Shown here piece after piece: positions 1 through 9,797 of a stretch of DNA of 53,071 nt. The first letter of the stretch is position 1; the number at the start of each line of letters is the position of its first letter. Below the pieces are notes generated by a model that worked only from the letters and a program-made list of their open reading frames with translations, was not told the DNA's origin and ran no database searches. This stretch comes from Candidatus Altiarchaeota archaeon (lineage in GTDB: Archaea > Altiarchaeota > Altiarchaeia > IMC4 > SCGC-AAA252-I15): NCBI GenBank assembly GCA_043813075.1, contig JBDRLL010000011.1, positions 1 through 53,071 of the forward strand, in the 5' to 3' direction. The translations under genes were made by a program, and so were the position numbers.

Positions 1-140
1 ATGTCTTCTGACTCTACCAGGTGCTTGTGTGCCATGTCCCTTGCGGTATGCACCCTGCCTGTTATGTACACTACGTCCCCTACCCTAAGTTTTCTCACGT
101 CCTCCTCGCTCAGTGGCGTCTCGAGATGATATTCCTTCAT
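1..140 (-). CDS. Class I fumarate hydratase / tartrate dehydratase beta subunit, 5' part (runs off the window)
   Basis: Not in the ORF track. Manual translation from ATG at 140: [46 protein letters not shown], the typical beta-subunit N-terminus (L.VGD.V.I.G...TARD.AH). ATGA overlap with the upstream gene's stop. Confidence 0.9.
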   Translation of the reverse strand, partial: MKEYHLETPLSEEDVRKLRVGDVVYITGRVHTARDMAHKHLVESED

Positions 141-1735
141 AGTATATTGTATATGCTCAGCCAGGTTTTTTTATCCTCACTGTACGTCCTCCTCACCAGC
201 CGCATCCTGTTTGGATTGAATATGTTGGCTATTATGCAGTCCCTCCAGCCTCCAGCGTATTTCGCTCTGATGTCGTTGAAATCGGACTCTCTCGTCAGGA
301 TTATGTAAGCCCCCCTGTTGTCCCTCCTGCAGTCATAGTAGCTGAGGTCTCCTATGAAGCCTTTACTCGGATCTCCCTTGAAGTTCTTCACCCCGCTCCT
401 CCTCGAGTAGCCAGACTTCAACTCCAAGTCCTGCTCTATGAAAGCCTCGGTCCAGACGTTCGCCTTCTCGTTCTCCCTGACGAACTCGTATATCTCCCTG
501 TTGAACTGGTTGTACCTGGTGTACGTCCGATGATAGTCCCCCATTATGCCAGCCGACTGGTATACGAGCGCGGTGATTATCACGGCCACTATCATCCAGC
601 GGGCCCTCCCATGTCCCCTGTTTTCCGTAAACCTTGAGAGTCCTCCAGCAAGTATTATCATGGACGGGCCTGTTATGATGGTGAAGTATCTAGGCTCCTT
701 GTGGAGTGGCAGGTATTTCTGAGGGCTCATTGTGCCGAAGGCGAAGTAGGCGAGTATCACTGCCACCCAAAGCATCATGAAGTAGTATCTCCTGTCCCTC
801 TTATGCGAAAGGTAGATCATGGAGAGGAACACCATCAGGTAGAAGCCTCCTGTCCTAGTGTACTTTTGCGTCCAGTGGAGGGAGTTGACGACGCGGTCGC
901 AGTAGCCGTTTTGGATGTCTAGCAGAAGGCACGGCACGTACCACGGGTCCTGTGTGGGGTCCACCACATTAGGGTTCTCGTAGATGTGTGTCTGCAGTAG
1001 AAGACCGACATCATACCTCTGGAGAATGTTCCCTGTCTCGAGTTTGAGGTATGCTCCTTCGGCAGCGACGAATAAGAGGAATCCGGCCAGCACGTACATG
1101 TACTTCCACCGTATCCTCCTGCTGTACGCCGAGTGTATGACTGATATGATCATGTAGGCTGCCATCACCATTAGGCCTAGCTTCTTCACGTTATATACTA
1201 TGCCAGCCGCAAACCCGGAAAGCAGCAGGAGAGTGCGGTATGTTCCTCCCATGTATTTTTTTGATACGGTGAACAGGAATACGCTAAGCATGGCGTAGAA
1301 CCCTATCTCCGTGTCTCCTCTTATGGTGGTGGACACGAAGGCGTCAAGCGGGAACACGCTCATAAGCAGTGCGGCGAATAAGCCCGCTCTCTTGTCGTTG
1401 AATGCCGTTGAGCAAAGGGCGTATGCGAGCACCACCTCCAGCATGGATAGCGTGAATGTGGGCAGGAACGCGAGCCGGTAGCTAGCCCCGAAGATTTGGA
1501 AGAGGAATACTATGGGATAGTAGACGAACAGCCTAAGTCCCGCGTAGTGGTTAAGTATCCCGTCAAGGGAGTTATGCCCGTCAATCCACTTCCTCACCAG
1601 CATGAGGTACAGGAAGTCGTCGTGCATCCCTATGCCATTGAAGTAGTAGAGCCTGAAACAGCACGCCATGATTAATATTATCACCAGCAGGGCCGCCTCC
1701 TTGTTAAAAATATTCCCCCATTTTTCAGACCGCAT
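137..1735 (-). CDS. GT-C fold glycosyltransferase (ArnT/PMT, GT39/GT83-like), polytopic membrane protein
   Basis: About 11-13 hydrophobic helices; acidic DD pair (GMHDDFLY) in the first external loop; EPRY motif; soluble C-terminal domain. Confidence 0.75.
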   Translation of the reverse strand: MRSEKWGNIFNKEAALLVIILIMACCFRLYYFNGIGMHDDFLYLMLVRKWIDGHNSLDGILNHYAGLRLFVYYPIVFLFQIFGASYRLAFLPTFTLSMLEVVLAYALCSTAFNDKRAGLFAALLMSVFPLDAFVSTTIRGDTEIGFYAMLSVFLFTVSKKYMGGTYRTLLLLSGFAAGIVYNVKKLGLMVMAAYMIISVIHSAYSRRIRWKYMYVLAGFLLFVAAEGAYLKLETGNILQRYDVGLLLQTHIYENPNVVDPTQDPWYVPCLLLDIQNGYCDRVVNSLHWTQKYTRTGGFYLMVFLSMIYLSHKRDRRYYFMMLWVAVILAYFAFGTMSPQKYLPLHKEPRYFTIITGPSMIILAGGLSRFTENRGHGRARWMIVAVIITALVYQSAGIMGDYHRTYTRYNQFNREIYEFVRENEKANVWTEAFIEQDLELKSGYSRRSGVKNFKGDPSKGFIGDLSYYDCRRDNRGAYIILTRESDFNDIRAKYAGGWRDCIIANIFNPNRMRLVRRTYSEDKKTWLSIYNIL

Positions 1736-1747
1736 AGCAAATCCCCC

Positions 1748-2608
1748 CTATTCGACCGGGATGGTCATCATATGCCTCCTGCAGGCCCAGCACATGAATG
1801 ATACTGCCACGAAGAATGAGGCCGGATGGCGGTGCTGCTTCCCAGCCTTGACTGCTAGTGCCGTCGTCTTACCCCCCAATCCCATGGGGCCTATTCCAAG
1901 AGTGTTTATCTTATCCAACAGTTCTTCCTCCATCCCCCCAAGCCCCTCGTCATTGTTCTCATCATCCACCCTCCTCAGGAACTGCTTTTTGGAAAGTTCT
2001 ATTGAAGTGTCCGCCAGGCCCCCTATACCCACCCCTATTATGTTGGGGCTGCACGCCTTTCCCTGCACCCTCACCACAGCATCCAGCACGCATTTTATTA
2101 TGCCGTTTTTGTCTCTTCCAGCCTCAAGGCGGGTGTCGGGGAGCGTGTACAATAGTGTCGCGTTCTCTGAGCCCCCTCCCTTCAGCATCAACTCGACGGT
2201 CATCTCCCCCACATCCCCCTCATCGAAGTGGATGACCGGTATTCCGGAGCCTGTGTTGTCGCCGCTGTTCCTCCCCGTAGTCGTGTCCACGGCGTTGGGG
2301 CGTAATGGAATCAATTCGGTAGCTGTCTTGGTTGCGGCGATTATCTCCTCCCGCAGTTCTCTCTCACTTATCCCACAGGGTTTTCTCACGTAGAATACTG
2401 GCGTCCCGGTGTCCTGGCACATGGGAAGTGAGGATTCCCTCGCCATCCTGATGTTCTCGAGGATACCTTCTAGAATGCTGGCTGCAGTTCCCTCCTCCCC
2501 TTCACGGGCCTTCCTTAACGCATCTTCAACGTCCTTGGGCAGGTCTGTGGCAGCCTTCCTGTATAACTCAACCAGCTCCTCCCGCATTCGAGGGTGTGTC
2601 ATTCTCAC
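1748..2608 (-). CDS. Class I fumarate hydratase / tartrate dehydratase alpha subunit
   Basis: PMCQDTG, KGGGSEN, ACSPNIIGVGIGG, LGIGPMGLGG, HPAS and CWACRR motifs. Confidence 0.92.
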   Translation of the reverse strand: MRMTHPRMREELVELYRKAATDLPKDVEDALRKAREGEEGTAASILEGILENIRMARESSLPMCQDTGTPVFYVRKPCGISERELREEIIAATKTATELIPLRPNAVDTTTGRNSGDNTGSGIPVIHFDEGDVGEMTVELMLKGGGSENATLLYTLPDTRLEAGRDKNGIIKCVLDAVVRVQGKACSPNIIGVGIGGLADTSIELSKKQFLRRVDDENNDEGLGGMEEELLDKINTLGIGPMGLGGKTTALAVKAGKQHRHPASFFVAVSFMCWACRRHMMTIPVE

Positions 2609-3879
2609 TGGACTTGCCTGTGCGCGGCCTCAACAAGCCTTATGGTGTTCGCCTCAACATCATTTGGGTCGACTTTTATCCTTGCGACCCCCGTCTCCAT
2701 GGCAGTCTTCGCTACCGCCGCCGCGACTATTGGGGCGACCCTCTTATCTAATGGTTCTGGTATAATATATTCCCTGCCCAGCTTGTCTCCGACCACTCCC
2801 GCTATCGCGTTCGCGGCCGCGATCTTCATCTCGTCGTTTATCTCCGAAGCCCTGCAGTCCAAAGCACCCCTGAATATGCCTGGGAATCCTAGCACGTTGT
2901 TTATCTGGTTCGGGTAGTCTGACCTGCCTGTCGCCACGATAGCGGCTCCGCCGGCAGCGGCTTCTTCAGGCATTATCTCAGGCACTGGATTCGCCATCGC
3001 AAAGACTATGGCGTCTTCTGCCATGGACTCCACCATCCCCCTCGTCACTATGCCTCCAGCAGACACGCCTATGAATATGTCAGCGTCCTTCATGCCGTCC
3101 GCCAGCGTCCCCTTCCTACCTTCCTTGTTGGTGTACTTAACCAGATCCTGCTTGAAGGGGTTCATGCCTTCCCTCCCCTCGTAGAGTATGCCCTTGCTGT
3201 CGCACACTATTATGTCCTTGACTGGAGTGCATATTGTGTGGTTTATCCCCATGCACAACAGTAGTTTTGATATGGCCATGCCCGCAGCGCCCGCGCCTGA
3301 AATGCATATCCTCAGGTCCTGTACCCTCTTGTCCACGAGTCTTATCGCGTTCTTGACTGCCGCGTAGACCACGACCGCCGTCCCATGCTGGTCGTCGTGG
3401 AATACTGGTATGTCAAGCTCCTTCTTCAACCGGTCTTCTATCTCAAAGCATCGTGGCGCGCTGATGTCCTCCAGGTTTATGCCCCCATATGATGGTGAAA
3501 GCCATTTGACTGCCGACACGACTTCATCAACCTTCTTGGTGTTAAGGCACAGGGGGAAGGCGTCCACTCCCGCCAGCATCTTGAATAGTATGGCCTTGCC
3601 CTCCATCACGGGAAGCCCAGCCTCCGGTCCGATGTCCCCAAGCCCCAGCACTGCTGTCCCGTCCGACACTACGGCCACGAAATTCCCCTTGTTTGTGTAG
3701 TCGTACACCTTCTCAGGCTCCTTGTTGATTATCTTGCATGGTTCTGCAACTCCTGGCGTGTATGCCAGCGTCAGGTCTTTGATGGTGTTCAAGGGGACTT
3801 TGCTTGCGATAGCGACCTTGCCCTTGTTCTCCTCATGCAGCTTCAGGACTTCTTCCAGAGTGTACTTCACGTTTGGCAT
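2605..3879 (-). CDS. NAD(P)-dependent malic enzyme
   Basis: [46 protein letters not shown] and [12 protein letters not shown] motifs. Confidence 0.95.
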   Translation of the reverse strand: MPNVKYTLEEVLKLHEENKGKVAIASKVPLNTIKDLTLAYTPGVAEPCKIINKEPEKVYDYTNKGNFVAVVSDGTAVLGLGDIGPEAGLPVMEGKAILFKMLAGVDAFPLCLNTKKVDEVVSAVKWLSPSYGGINLEDISAPRCFEIEDRLKKELDIPVFHDDQHGTAVVVYAAVKNAIRLVDKRVQDLRICISGAGAAGMAISKLLLCMGINHTICTPVKDIIVCDSKGILYEGREGMNPFKQDLVKYTNKEGRKGTLADGMKDADIFIGVSAGGIVTRGMVESMAEDAIVFAMANPVPEIMPEEAAAGGAAIVATGRSDYPNQINNVLGFPGIFRGALDCRASEINDEMKIAAANAIAGVVGDKLGREYIIPEPLDKRVAPIVAAAVAKTAMETGVARIKVDPNDVEANTIRLVEAAHRQVQ

Positions 3880-3953
3880 GCGAACACCGATGTTTCTTAA
3901 TCTATAATCCCTCGATTATAAAAGCGCTGGGTTTCATATGTAAACAATTCAGA

Positions 3954-5045
3954 ATGAATACGTTTGGCCGGATATTCCGGATGACTACGTGGGGCGAGTC
4001 CCATGGTAGTGCGGTCGGATGTGTGGTTGACGGGTGTCCGTCTAACCTGGAGATTGGACTTAAAGATGTTCAGTCCGCTTTGGACCGGCGGAGGCCGGGC
4101 CAGAGTAGCGTGTCCACCCAGCGTGAGGAGTCTGACATGGTGGAGATTCTGTCTGGCGTTTTTGAGGGCAGTACGCTCGGTACTCCCATAATGATGGTTG
4201 TGAAAAACACTGACGTTGACTCCAGCAAGTATGTTGAGCTTGTGAACACTCCCCGGCCGGGTCACGCAGACTACACGTGGCGTGTCAAGTATGGTCATGT
4301 GGACTGGCGTGGGGGCGGCAGGGCATCGGCCCGTGAGACTGTGGGCAGGGTTGCTGCCGGTGCGGTTGCAGGCAAGTTGTTAGGCAAATTCGGTATTGAT
4401 GTTGTCGCCTACACTAGGCAGGTTGGGGGCGTGGTGTCTGAGGAGACCCTTGACGTCGGCATGAGGGGTGTCAGGGATCTGGTGGAGAGCAATCCTGTCA
4501 GGGCGTTGGATGTGGAGAAGAGCAGGCTTATGGAAGAGGTTATCATTGAGGCTCGGAAGATGGGTGATAGTGTTGGCGGCGTTGTCGAGTGTGTTGTCTT
4601 GAATCCTCCCGCAGGTTTGGGCGAGCCAGTGTACGGGAGGCTTGACGCTGACTTGGCTTCCGCGCTCATGGGCATTCCCGGAGTGAAGGGTGTTGAGGTT
4701 GGCGCCGGCTTCAGGATGGCTGGCATGCACGGTAGCGAGGCTAACGACGAGTTCATAGTGAAGGATGGTAAGGTAAGGACTAGGACAAATAACTGCGGCG
4801 GAATTCAGGGCGGCATATCAAATGGCATGCCGATAGTGGTTCGCGCTGTCATGAAGCCTACATCCTCCATAGCTAAGAAGCAGAATACTGTTGACTTGGG
4901 GTCTATGACCGACACTAACGTCCAGGTTGGCGGGCGCCATGACCCGTGCATAGTCCCGAGGGCTGTGCCTGTCGTCGAGGCTATGGTCAACATGGTTGTC
5001 GCAGACCACTGCAGGATTTCCGGAGTGATTCCCGGAAGGCTTTAA
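3954..5045 (+). CDS. aroC: Chorismate synthase
   Basis: Start revised to ATG 3954 (MNTFG). Motifs GESHG, RRPGQS, RPGHAD, GGGRASARET, GGISNG and GRHDPC. Confidence 0.96.
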   Translation: MNTFGRIFRMTTWGESHGSAVGCVVDGCPSNLEIGLKDVQSALDRRRPGQSSVSTQREESDMVEILSGVFEGSTLGTPIMMVVKNTDVDSSKYVELVNTPRPGHADYTWRVKYGHVDWRGGGRASARETVGRVAAGAVAGKLLGKFGIDVVAYTRQVGGVVSEETLDVGMRGVRDLVESNPVRALDVEKSRLMEEVIIEARKMGDSVGGVVECVVLNPPAGLGEPVYGRLDADLASALMGIPGVKGVEVGAGFRMAGMHGSEANDEFIVKDGKVRTRTNNCGGIQGGISNGMPIVVRAVMKPTSSIAKKQNTVDLGSMTDTNVQVGGRHDPCIVPRAVPVVEAMVNMVVADHCRISGVIPGRL

Positions 5046-5071
5046 ATTATCGTTTTTCCGTATATTATCTT

Positions 5072-5410
5072 ATGGGAGCTGTTAAGGGAACACGGAAAAA
5101 GGATTTCAGGCCTAACAGGCCTGGCGTCGAGCCTCTGGGCGGCACTGAAGTGTCTTCAATAACCTCTGGTGGCTTGGGTGAGCGTCTTCTCATAGAGCAG
5201 CGTCATGATGCTGAAGCGCGTCTAGGCGGGCAGGAGCCTGTGTTAAGTGTCGGAGCCTCTGACGATAAGCTTGATTTGGCTGACAACAGCGAGCTTCTCG
5301 CACGTCAGAGAAGGTTTGCTGCAATATCACAGGATCCTAGCGTGCTGGCTGCGATGGATGATCTGCGCATCAAGGCTGCGAGGCGCGACGGGAAGAGAAG
5401 CAGGAGGTAG
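5072..5410 (+). CDS. Hypothetical protein, 112 aa, basic termini
   Basis: ATG 5072 follows an AT-rich spacer and the ORF fills the gap between aroC and glnA. No recognisable motif. Confidence 0.55.
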   Translation: MGAVKGTRKKDFRPNRPGVEPLGGTEVSSITSGGLGERLLIEQRHDAEARLGGQEPVLSVGASDDKLDLADNSELLARQRRFAAISQDPSVLAAMDDLRIKAARRDGKRSRR

Positions 5411-5423
5411 AAAATAAAGAATT

Positions 5424-5444
5424 CTGGGGAGATGATCTCCCCAG
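5424..5444. terminator. Inverted repeat between convergent genes (possible terminator or mRNA stabiliser)
   Basis: CTGGGGAGAT-G-ATCTCCCCAG, perfect 10-bp arms. Confidence 0.5.
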
Positions 5445-5454
5445 GAGTGTTTTC

Positions 5455-7557
5455 CTAATACACGAACAATAGTTCCCTGTATTTAGGGAGCGGCCATAGT
5501 GCGTCGTCGACAGTCCTCTCCAGTTCGTCCACGACTTCGCGCAGCTTGATCATGTCGCGTATCGTGGTCCTGGTCTTGCCGTCGTCCACGCTCTTCTCCA
5601 GGCCTTTTATGCTTGCAATCAGTCTTGACACGAGATATGAGACCTTGTCCAGCTCTGCCTTCACGCCTCTTGAGGCGGCAGGCTTCACTCCAGCGTGTTT
5701 CAGTCCTCTAACCGTCTTCGCAAGGTTTCTCTGGTGTTTTAAGGCCACTGGCAGTATCATCGTCTGCGCCATGTCCAGTGCAGTCTTCCCTTCGAGGTCT
5801 ATGGTCTTGACGTAGTTCTCCATGTTTATCTCGTACCTTGCTTCAAGCTCTTTTTTGCTCAGCACATCGTACTTGCCCATAACCTCTATCGTCTCCTTGG
5901 AGATGATGGCCTTCAACGCCTCGTCGCTCGTCTTTATGTTGGGTAGGCCGCGTTTTTCAGCTTCTCTCTCCCATTCTTTGGTGTAGTTGTCTCCGTTGAA
6001 GAGTATCCTCTTGTGTTTCTTCACGACTTCCTGGAGTATCTCCTGCAGGGCCTCGTGCTTGTTCTTGTTTTTTGAAAGAGCTTCCTCTAGTTTGTCTGAA
6101 ATGTGGTCTAGCGCTTCCGCGAAGGCGACGTTCAACACGGTGTTCGCTCCGGCGCAGGATTGGTTTGACCCTACCGCCCGGAACTCGAATTTGTTTCCTG
6201 TGAACGCGAACGGTGATGTCCTGTTCCTGTCTGTAACGTCCTTCGGGAATTCGGGGAGTGTTGTGACGCCCAGCCTTACTGTCTCGCTTGCCTTGCTGGT
6301 CTTGGCTCCTCCCTTCTCTATCTGCTCTATTATGTCTGTCAGCTGTTCTCCAAGGAAGATGGAGAGTATCGCTGGCGGGGCTTCGTTTGCGCCTAGCCTG
6401 TGGTCGTTTCCTGCCGTCGCGACTGCTGCCCTCAACAGTTTCGCGTGCTTGTCTACGGCCATCATGACTGCGGCTACCACGGTGAGGAACTTCGCGTTCT
6501 GGTGTGGTGTTTCGCCTGGCTTCATCAGGTTTTTCCCTGCAGGTGACGTGACGCTCCAGTTGTTGTGTTTTCCGGAGCCGTTTATCCCTGCAAATGGTTT
6601 CTCATGTAGCAGGCAGACTAGCCCGTGTTTGTCCGCGGTCTCCTTTAGTATCTCCATCAGGAGCATGTTGTGGTCTACCGACAGGTTCAGGTCTTCGAAG
6701 ACTGGGGCAAGCTCGAATTGTGCTGGAGCTACCTCGTTGTGTCTTGTCTTTGCGGGTATGCCGAGTTTCCAGCATTCTGTGTCCACGTCCTGCATGAACC
6801 TCAGCACCCTGGGTTTTATTGCAGTGAAGTAGTGGTCTTCCATCTGCTGGTGCCTTGATGGCAGGCTCCCGAAGAGTGTTCTCCCAGTCAGCATTAGGTC
6901 TGGCCTGCTTAGGTACAGTTCCTTGTCCACTAGGAAGTATTCCTGTTCAGGGCCTAGCGTCGGGTATGACCTCTTGTCTGCCACTTTTCCGTCCAACAGT
7001 TTTATGAATCTTTTAACAGACTTGTCCAAAGCCTGCATGGATCTTAGTAGTGGCGTCTTCTTGTCTATGGAGTCTCCGGTGTAGGCCATGAATGCGGTGG
7101 GGATTGCTAGTGTCGGCCCGTCTTCGCTGTCTTTTATGAATGCCGGGCTTGTGGGGTCCCATACGGTGTACCCCCGTGCCTCGAATGTTGGTCTTAGCCC
7201 TCCTGACGGGAAGCTTGATGCGTCTGGTTCTCCTTGTATGAGGTTTTTGCCTGAGAACTTCATTATGACGTCGCCGTTTTTTGTCGGCTCCACGAATGCG
7301 TCGTGTTTTTCCGCAGTCATGCTTGTCATGGGTTGGAACCAGTGGGTGTAGTGTGTCGCACCCTTTGATATCGCCCATTTTTTCATTCCTTCGGCAACGT
7401 CGTCTGCTATTCCTTCAGGTATCGGCTTGCCCTTTTCCATGGTGTCTTTCACTGCGTCTAAGACTTTCTTTGGCAGGAATTTTGACATAGCCTTTAGCCC
7501 GAACACGTTTTCCCCGTATAGCATGGGGATCTTGTCTTCACCACCTTTTTTAACCAT
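5455..7557 (-). CDS. glnA: Glutamine synthetase type III
   Basis: 700 aa. GSIII-diagnostic motifs THYTHWFQP, AEKHDAF, QGEPDASSFPSGGLR, GPEQEYFL, HEKPFAGINGSGKHNNWS, NDHRLGANEAPP, DRNRTSPFAFTGNKFEFR and WPLPKY. Confidence 0.95.
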   Translation of the reverse strand: MVKKGGEDKIPMLYGENVFGLKAMSKFLPKKVLDAVKDTMEKGKPIPEGIADDVAEGMKKWAISKGATHYTHWFQPMTSMTAEKHDAFVEPTKNGDVIMKFSGKNLIQGEPDASSFPSGGLRPTFEARGYTVWDPTSPAFIKDSEDGPTLAIPTAFMAYTGDSIDKKTPLLRSMQALDKSVKRFIKLLDGKVADKRSYPTLGPEQEYFLVDKELYLSRPDLMLTGRTLFGSLPSRHQQMEDHYFTAIKPRVLRFMQDVDTECWKLGIPAKTRHNEVAPAQFELAPVFEDLNLSVDHNMLLMEILKETADKHGLVCLLHEKPFAGINGSGKHNNWSVTSPAGKNLMKPGETPHQNAKFLTVVAAVMMAVDKHAKLLRAAVATAGNDHRLGANEAPPAILSIFLGEQLTDIIEQIEKGGAKTSKASETVRLGVTTLPEFPKDVTDRNRTSPFAFTGNKFEFRAVGSNQSCAGANTVLNVAFAEALDHISDKLEEALSKNKNKHEALQEILQEVVKKHKRILFNGDNYTKEWEREAEKRGLPNIKTSDEALKAIISKETIEVMGKYDVLSKKELEARYEINMENYVKTIDLEGKTALDMAQTMILPVALKHQRNLAKTVRGLKHAGVKPAASRGVKAELDKVSYLVSRLIASIKGLEKSVDDGKTRTTIRDMIKLREVVDELERTVDDALWPLPKYRELLFVY

Positions 7558-7769
7558 TTCAACACCTCATTTTTTGAGCATTTATTTAAATTATGGTTTA
7601 TATTATTGCAGAAGTTATTTAAATATTTATCGTTTTTTGAACAAATCATCAATATAATCCTTTTTAAAACCAAAAATAAATCATTTTCTTATATTATACT
7701 GATTTTTTTGTGTGTTTGTGTTCTATTATTCTATAAAGTATAATATCTTCACCTAACCCCGGGGGTGTT
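7558..7769. promoter_or_regulatory. Very AT-rich divergent promoter region (glnA / mre11)
   Basis: About 210 nt almost free of G/C, with several TATA-like boxes (TTTATATT, TTTAAATA, TATAAAGTATAA). Confidence 0.55.
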
Positions 7770-8864
7770 GTGCGCATGAATATCGCTTGCATAAGCGACT
7801 GCCATATAGGCTATAGACACAGGTTCAAGACTCAGAGGCTATGGGATTACGTCTCATCATTCCACGATGCACTCGAGAAATCGCTTGAGAGAAAGCCGGA
7901 CATAATCGTGTTCGGCGGCGACATACTGCATCACTCAAGGCCTGACCCTGTGAGCTTGAGGGCTGTGGTCAGGAAGCTGATTGAGGTGGCTGATAAGACG
8001 CCTGTCGTAGTGTCCATCGGGAACCACGAGATTGAGGGTCATCTCGGAACAGCATATGCTCCGATCTATTCTGACTTGCATGAGAACATACACGTCCTGA
8101 CCAGCGAGAACCCCCACGCCACTGTGAGGTTGAAGGATGGTAAGGCTGACTTCTACGGGTTCGAGTACGTCAGAAACCGGGAGCGGGTTGAGGACATGCT
8201 GTTGAAAATGAGTGAGGGGGTTAACACGAGGGGCGCTAACATACTTCTGCTACATCAGGCGGTGGAGCATTATCTGGAGCCGCATGAACTATCAATCTCT
8301 GCTCTCAGGGAGGTGGCCGGAAAATACGACCTGATTCTTCTCGGCCACGTGCACAAGCATCAGCGGGTCGTGGAGGTGTCTGACATAACCCCCTGCTATT
8401 ACATCGGCAGTACCGAGAGGATAAGCTTTAATGAGGCATCTAACCCCACTGGCATATTGTTCTTCAAAAACGATTTCTCGAATCCCGAGCACGTTAGGGT
8501 TAAGTCAGCTTCAATGAGGCATGTGAGGGAGCGGATGGGGGAGGCAGCTCCTGGTGATGTTAACAGGCGTGTTGAGGATCTGCTTGAGTCTAACCGGAAA
8601 GTGAAGCTTCTACGGGTGGATGTGGATGTGGAATTCCAAGGGGATTTGACTGAGGTGAGGAGGGACTGGAGCGCCTATGAGGGGGAGCACACCATACTTG
8701 AGGTTAGCGTGAATCAGCCACAGGTTTCGGATCAGATAGCCCTTGAGCGCATAACGTTCGACGAGGATATGATACGCGAGTACTTCGAGAAGTCTGGCAT
8801 ACGCGACAAGGAGCTCGAGGAACTATGCGTGAGATTGTATGGTAAATACTCGGTGGGTTCATGA
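7770..8864 (+). CDS. mre11: Mre11/SbcD-family metallophosphoesterase nuclease
   Basis: SDCHIG, GGDILH, GNHE, LLLHQ and LGHVH motifs plus YIGSTERISFNE. Start is GTG 7770 or ATG 7776. Confidence 0.85.
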   Translation: MRMNIACISDCHIGYRHRFKTQRLWDYVSSFHDALEKSLERKPDIIVFGGDILHHSRPDPVSLRAVVRKLIEVADKTPVVVSIGNHEIEGHLGTAYAPIYSDLHENIHVLTSENPHATVRLKDGKADFYGFEYVRNRERVEDMLLKMSEGVNTRGANILLLHQAVEHYLEPHELSISALREVAGKYDLILLGHVHKHQRVVEVSDITPCYYIGSTERISFNEASNPTGILFFKNDFSNPEHVRVKSASMRHVRERMGEAAPGDVNRRVEDLLESNRKVKLLRVDVDVEFQGDLTEVRRDWSAYEGEHTILEVSVNQPQVSDQIALERITFDEDMIREYFEKSGIRDKELEELCVRLYGKYSVGS

Positions 8865-9538
8865 TAAAGCTAAGCCAGTATCCCGGGGTCTTGGACGAGC
8901 TGCTTGACGGAGTGCTGACTCAGGTTTACGGCCCGCCGAATTCCGGCAAGTCGAATCTCGCTATAATCTCGTCGGTAGCGGCTTCGAAGCACGGTAAGGT
9001 AGTCTACATCGACCCTGAGGGCGGCTTCAGTGTAGAGCGTCTCAAGCAGATTGCTGGCGCAGACTATCGTACTGTCCTGGAGAACATCCTTTTGATAGAG
9101 CCCACCACGTTTGACGAACAGAAGGTTGCGATAGGTAAGCTAGACGACATAGTCGTCCAGGATTCGGTCAGCCTGATAGTGGTGGACAGCGTCGCCATGC
9201 TCTATCGTCTGGAGGAGGATATAACCGCTAAAGAGCTGGCTAAGTTCATGGCAAGCCTCCTCAGGATAGCCCGCAAGTATACCATACCCGTGCTCCTCAC
9301 GAACCAGGTGTACTCCGACTTCGAGACCGGTAAGAACAGGCCTATAGGCGGTGTGATAAACGAGTACTGGGGCAAGGTCATACTGGAGGCTGACATAAGG
9401 CCTGACGGCGTGAGGACCCTGATGTTGCGGAAGCATTTGAGCCGGCAGACGGGCGTCAGCATGGAATACCGGATAGTCAGTGAGGGTGTGAAACCCCTCT
9501 CCACGTCCTGCAGGATGCGGGTAGACCAGTTCGAATAG
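8861..9538 (+). CDS. radB: DNA repair and recombination protein RadB
   Basis: 225-aa RecA core with no N-terminal domain. Walker A GPPNSGKS, YIDPEGG, IVVDS, LTNQVY, basic RKH patch. ATGA-coupled to mre11. Confidence 0.88.
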   Translation: MIKLSQYPGVLDELLDGVLTQVYGPPNSGKSNLAIISSVAASKHGKVVYIDPEGGFSVERLKQIAGADYRTVLENILLIEPTTFDEQKVAIGKLDDIVVQDSVSLIVVDSVAMLYRLEEDITAKELAKFMASLLRIARKYTIPVLLTNQVYSDFETGKNRPIGGVINEYWGKVILEADIRPDGVRTLMLRKHLSRQTGVSMEYRIVSEGVKPLSTSCRMRVDQFE

Positions 9539-9631
9539 ATACTTTCCAACCGCTCAGACAAGTCTTTTAAGCTAATAATACTTAGTTATTTCTACCCGCT
9601 TTTTTTTACGGCGGATGGGATGGTGGTGGAT

Positions 9632-9700
9632 ATGGATAAGTACAGCTGCGTTTACTTCGCGGCGCTTGCCACAGCCGTTTTCGCGGTTGTGGTATTATGA
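9632..9700 (+). CDS. Putative 22-aa single-TM microprotein (MDKYSCVYFAALATAVFAVVVL)
   Basis: Manual translation. GGTGG SD-like sequence just upstream; alternative in-frame ATG at 9620; followed by a GC hairpin. Confidence 0.35.
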   Translation: MDKYSCVYFAALATAVFAVVVL

Positions 9701-9711
9701 AGGCCGTTCAA

Positions 9712-9731
9712 GGGGTCTCTTAGGGGACCCC
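9712..9731 (+). terminator. GC-rich hairpin
   Basis: GGGGTC-TCTTAGGG-GACCCC; the stem can extend with G-U pairs. Confidence 0.4.
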
Positions 9732-9797
9732 GGGCTTTCAATACACTCTACTCATATTCCCGTCTGTCTATTTAATTCTTGCGTTGCATTTACTAGT

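Noticed and set aside
1668-2393. Long antisense or alternate-frame ORFs (for example 1668-2393, 5987-6832, 11438-12157, 27184-27819, 32138-32761, 50711-51253)
   Set aside because: They shadow well-supported genes on the opposite strand and show no protein motifs.
7558-7769. Replication origin or NrpR operator in the AT-rich spacer
   Set aside because: No ORB-like repeats, no adjacent cdc6/orc1 and no GGAA-N6-TTCC. A divergent promoter explains the region.
9615-9797. 61-aa N-terminal extension of the GT4 ORF
   Set aside because: GT4 similarity starts at MDVGLFHD (9798); the upstream part contains a hairpin and a TATA-like TATTTAATT.
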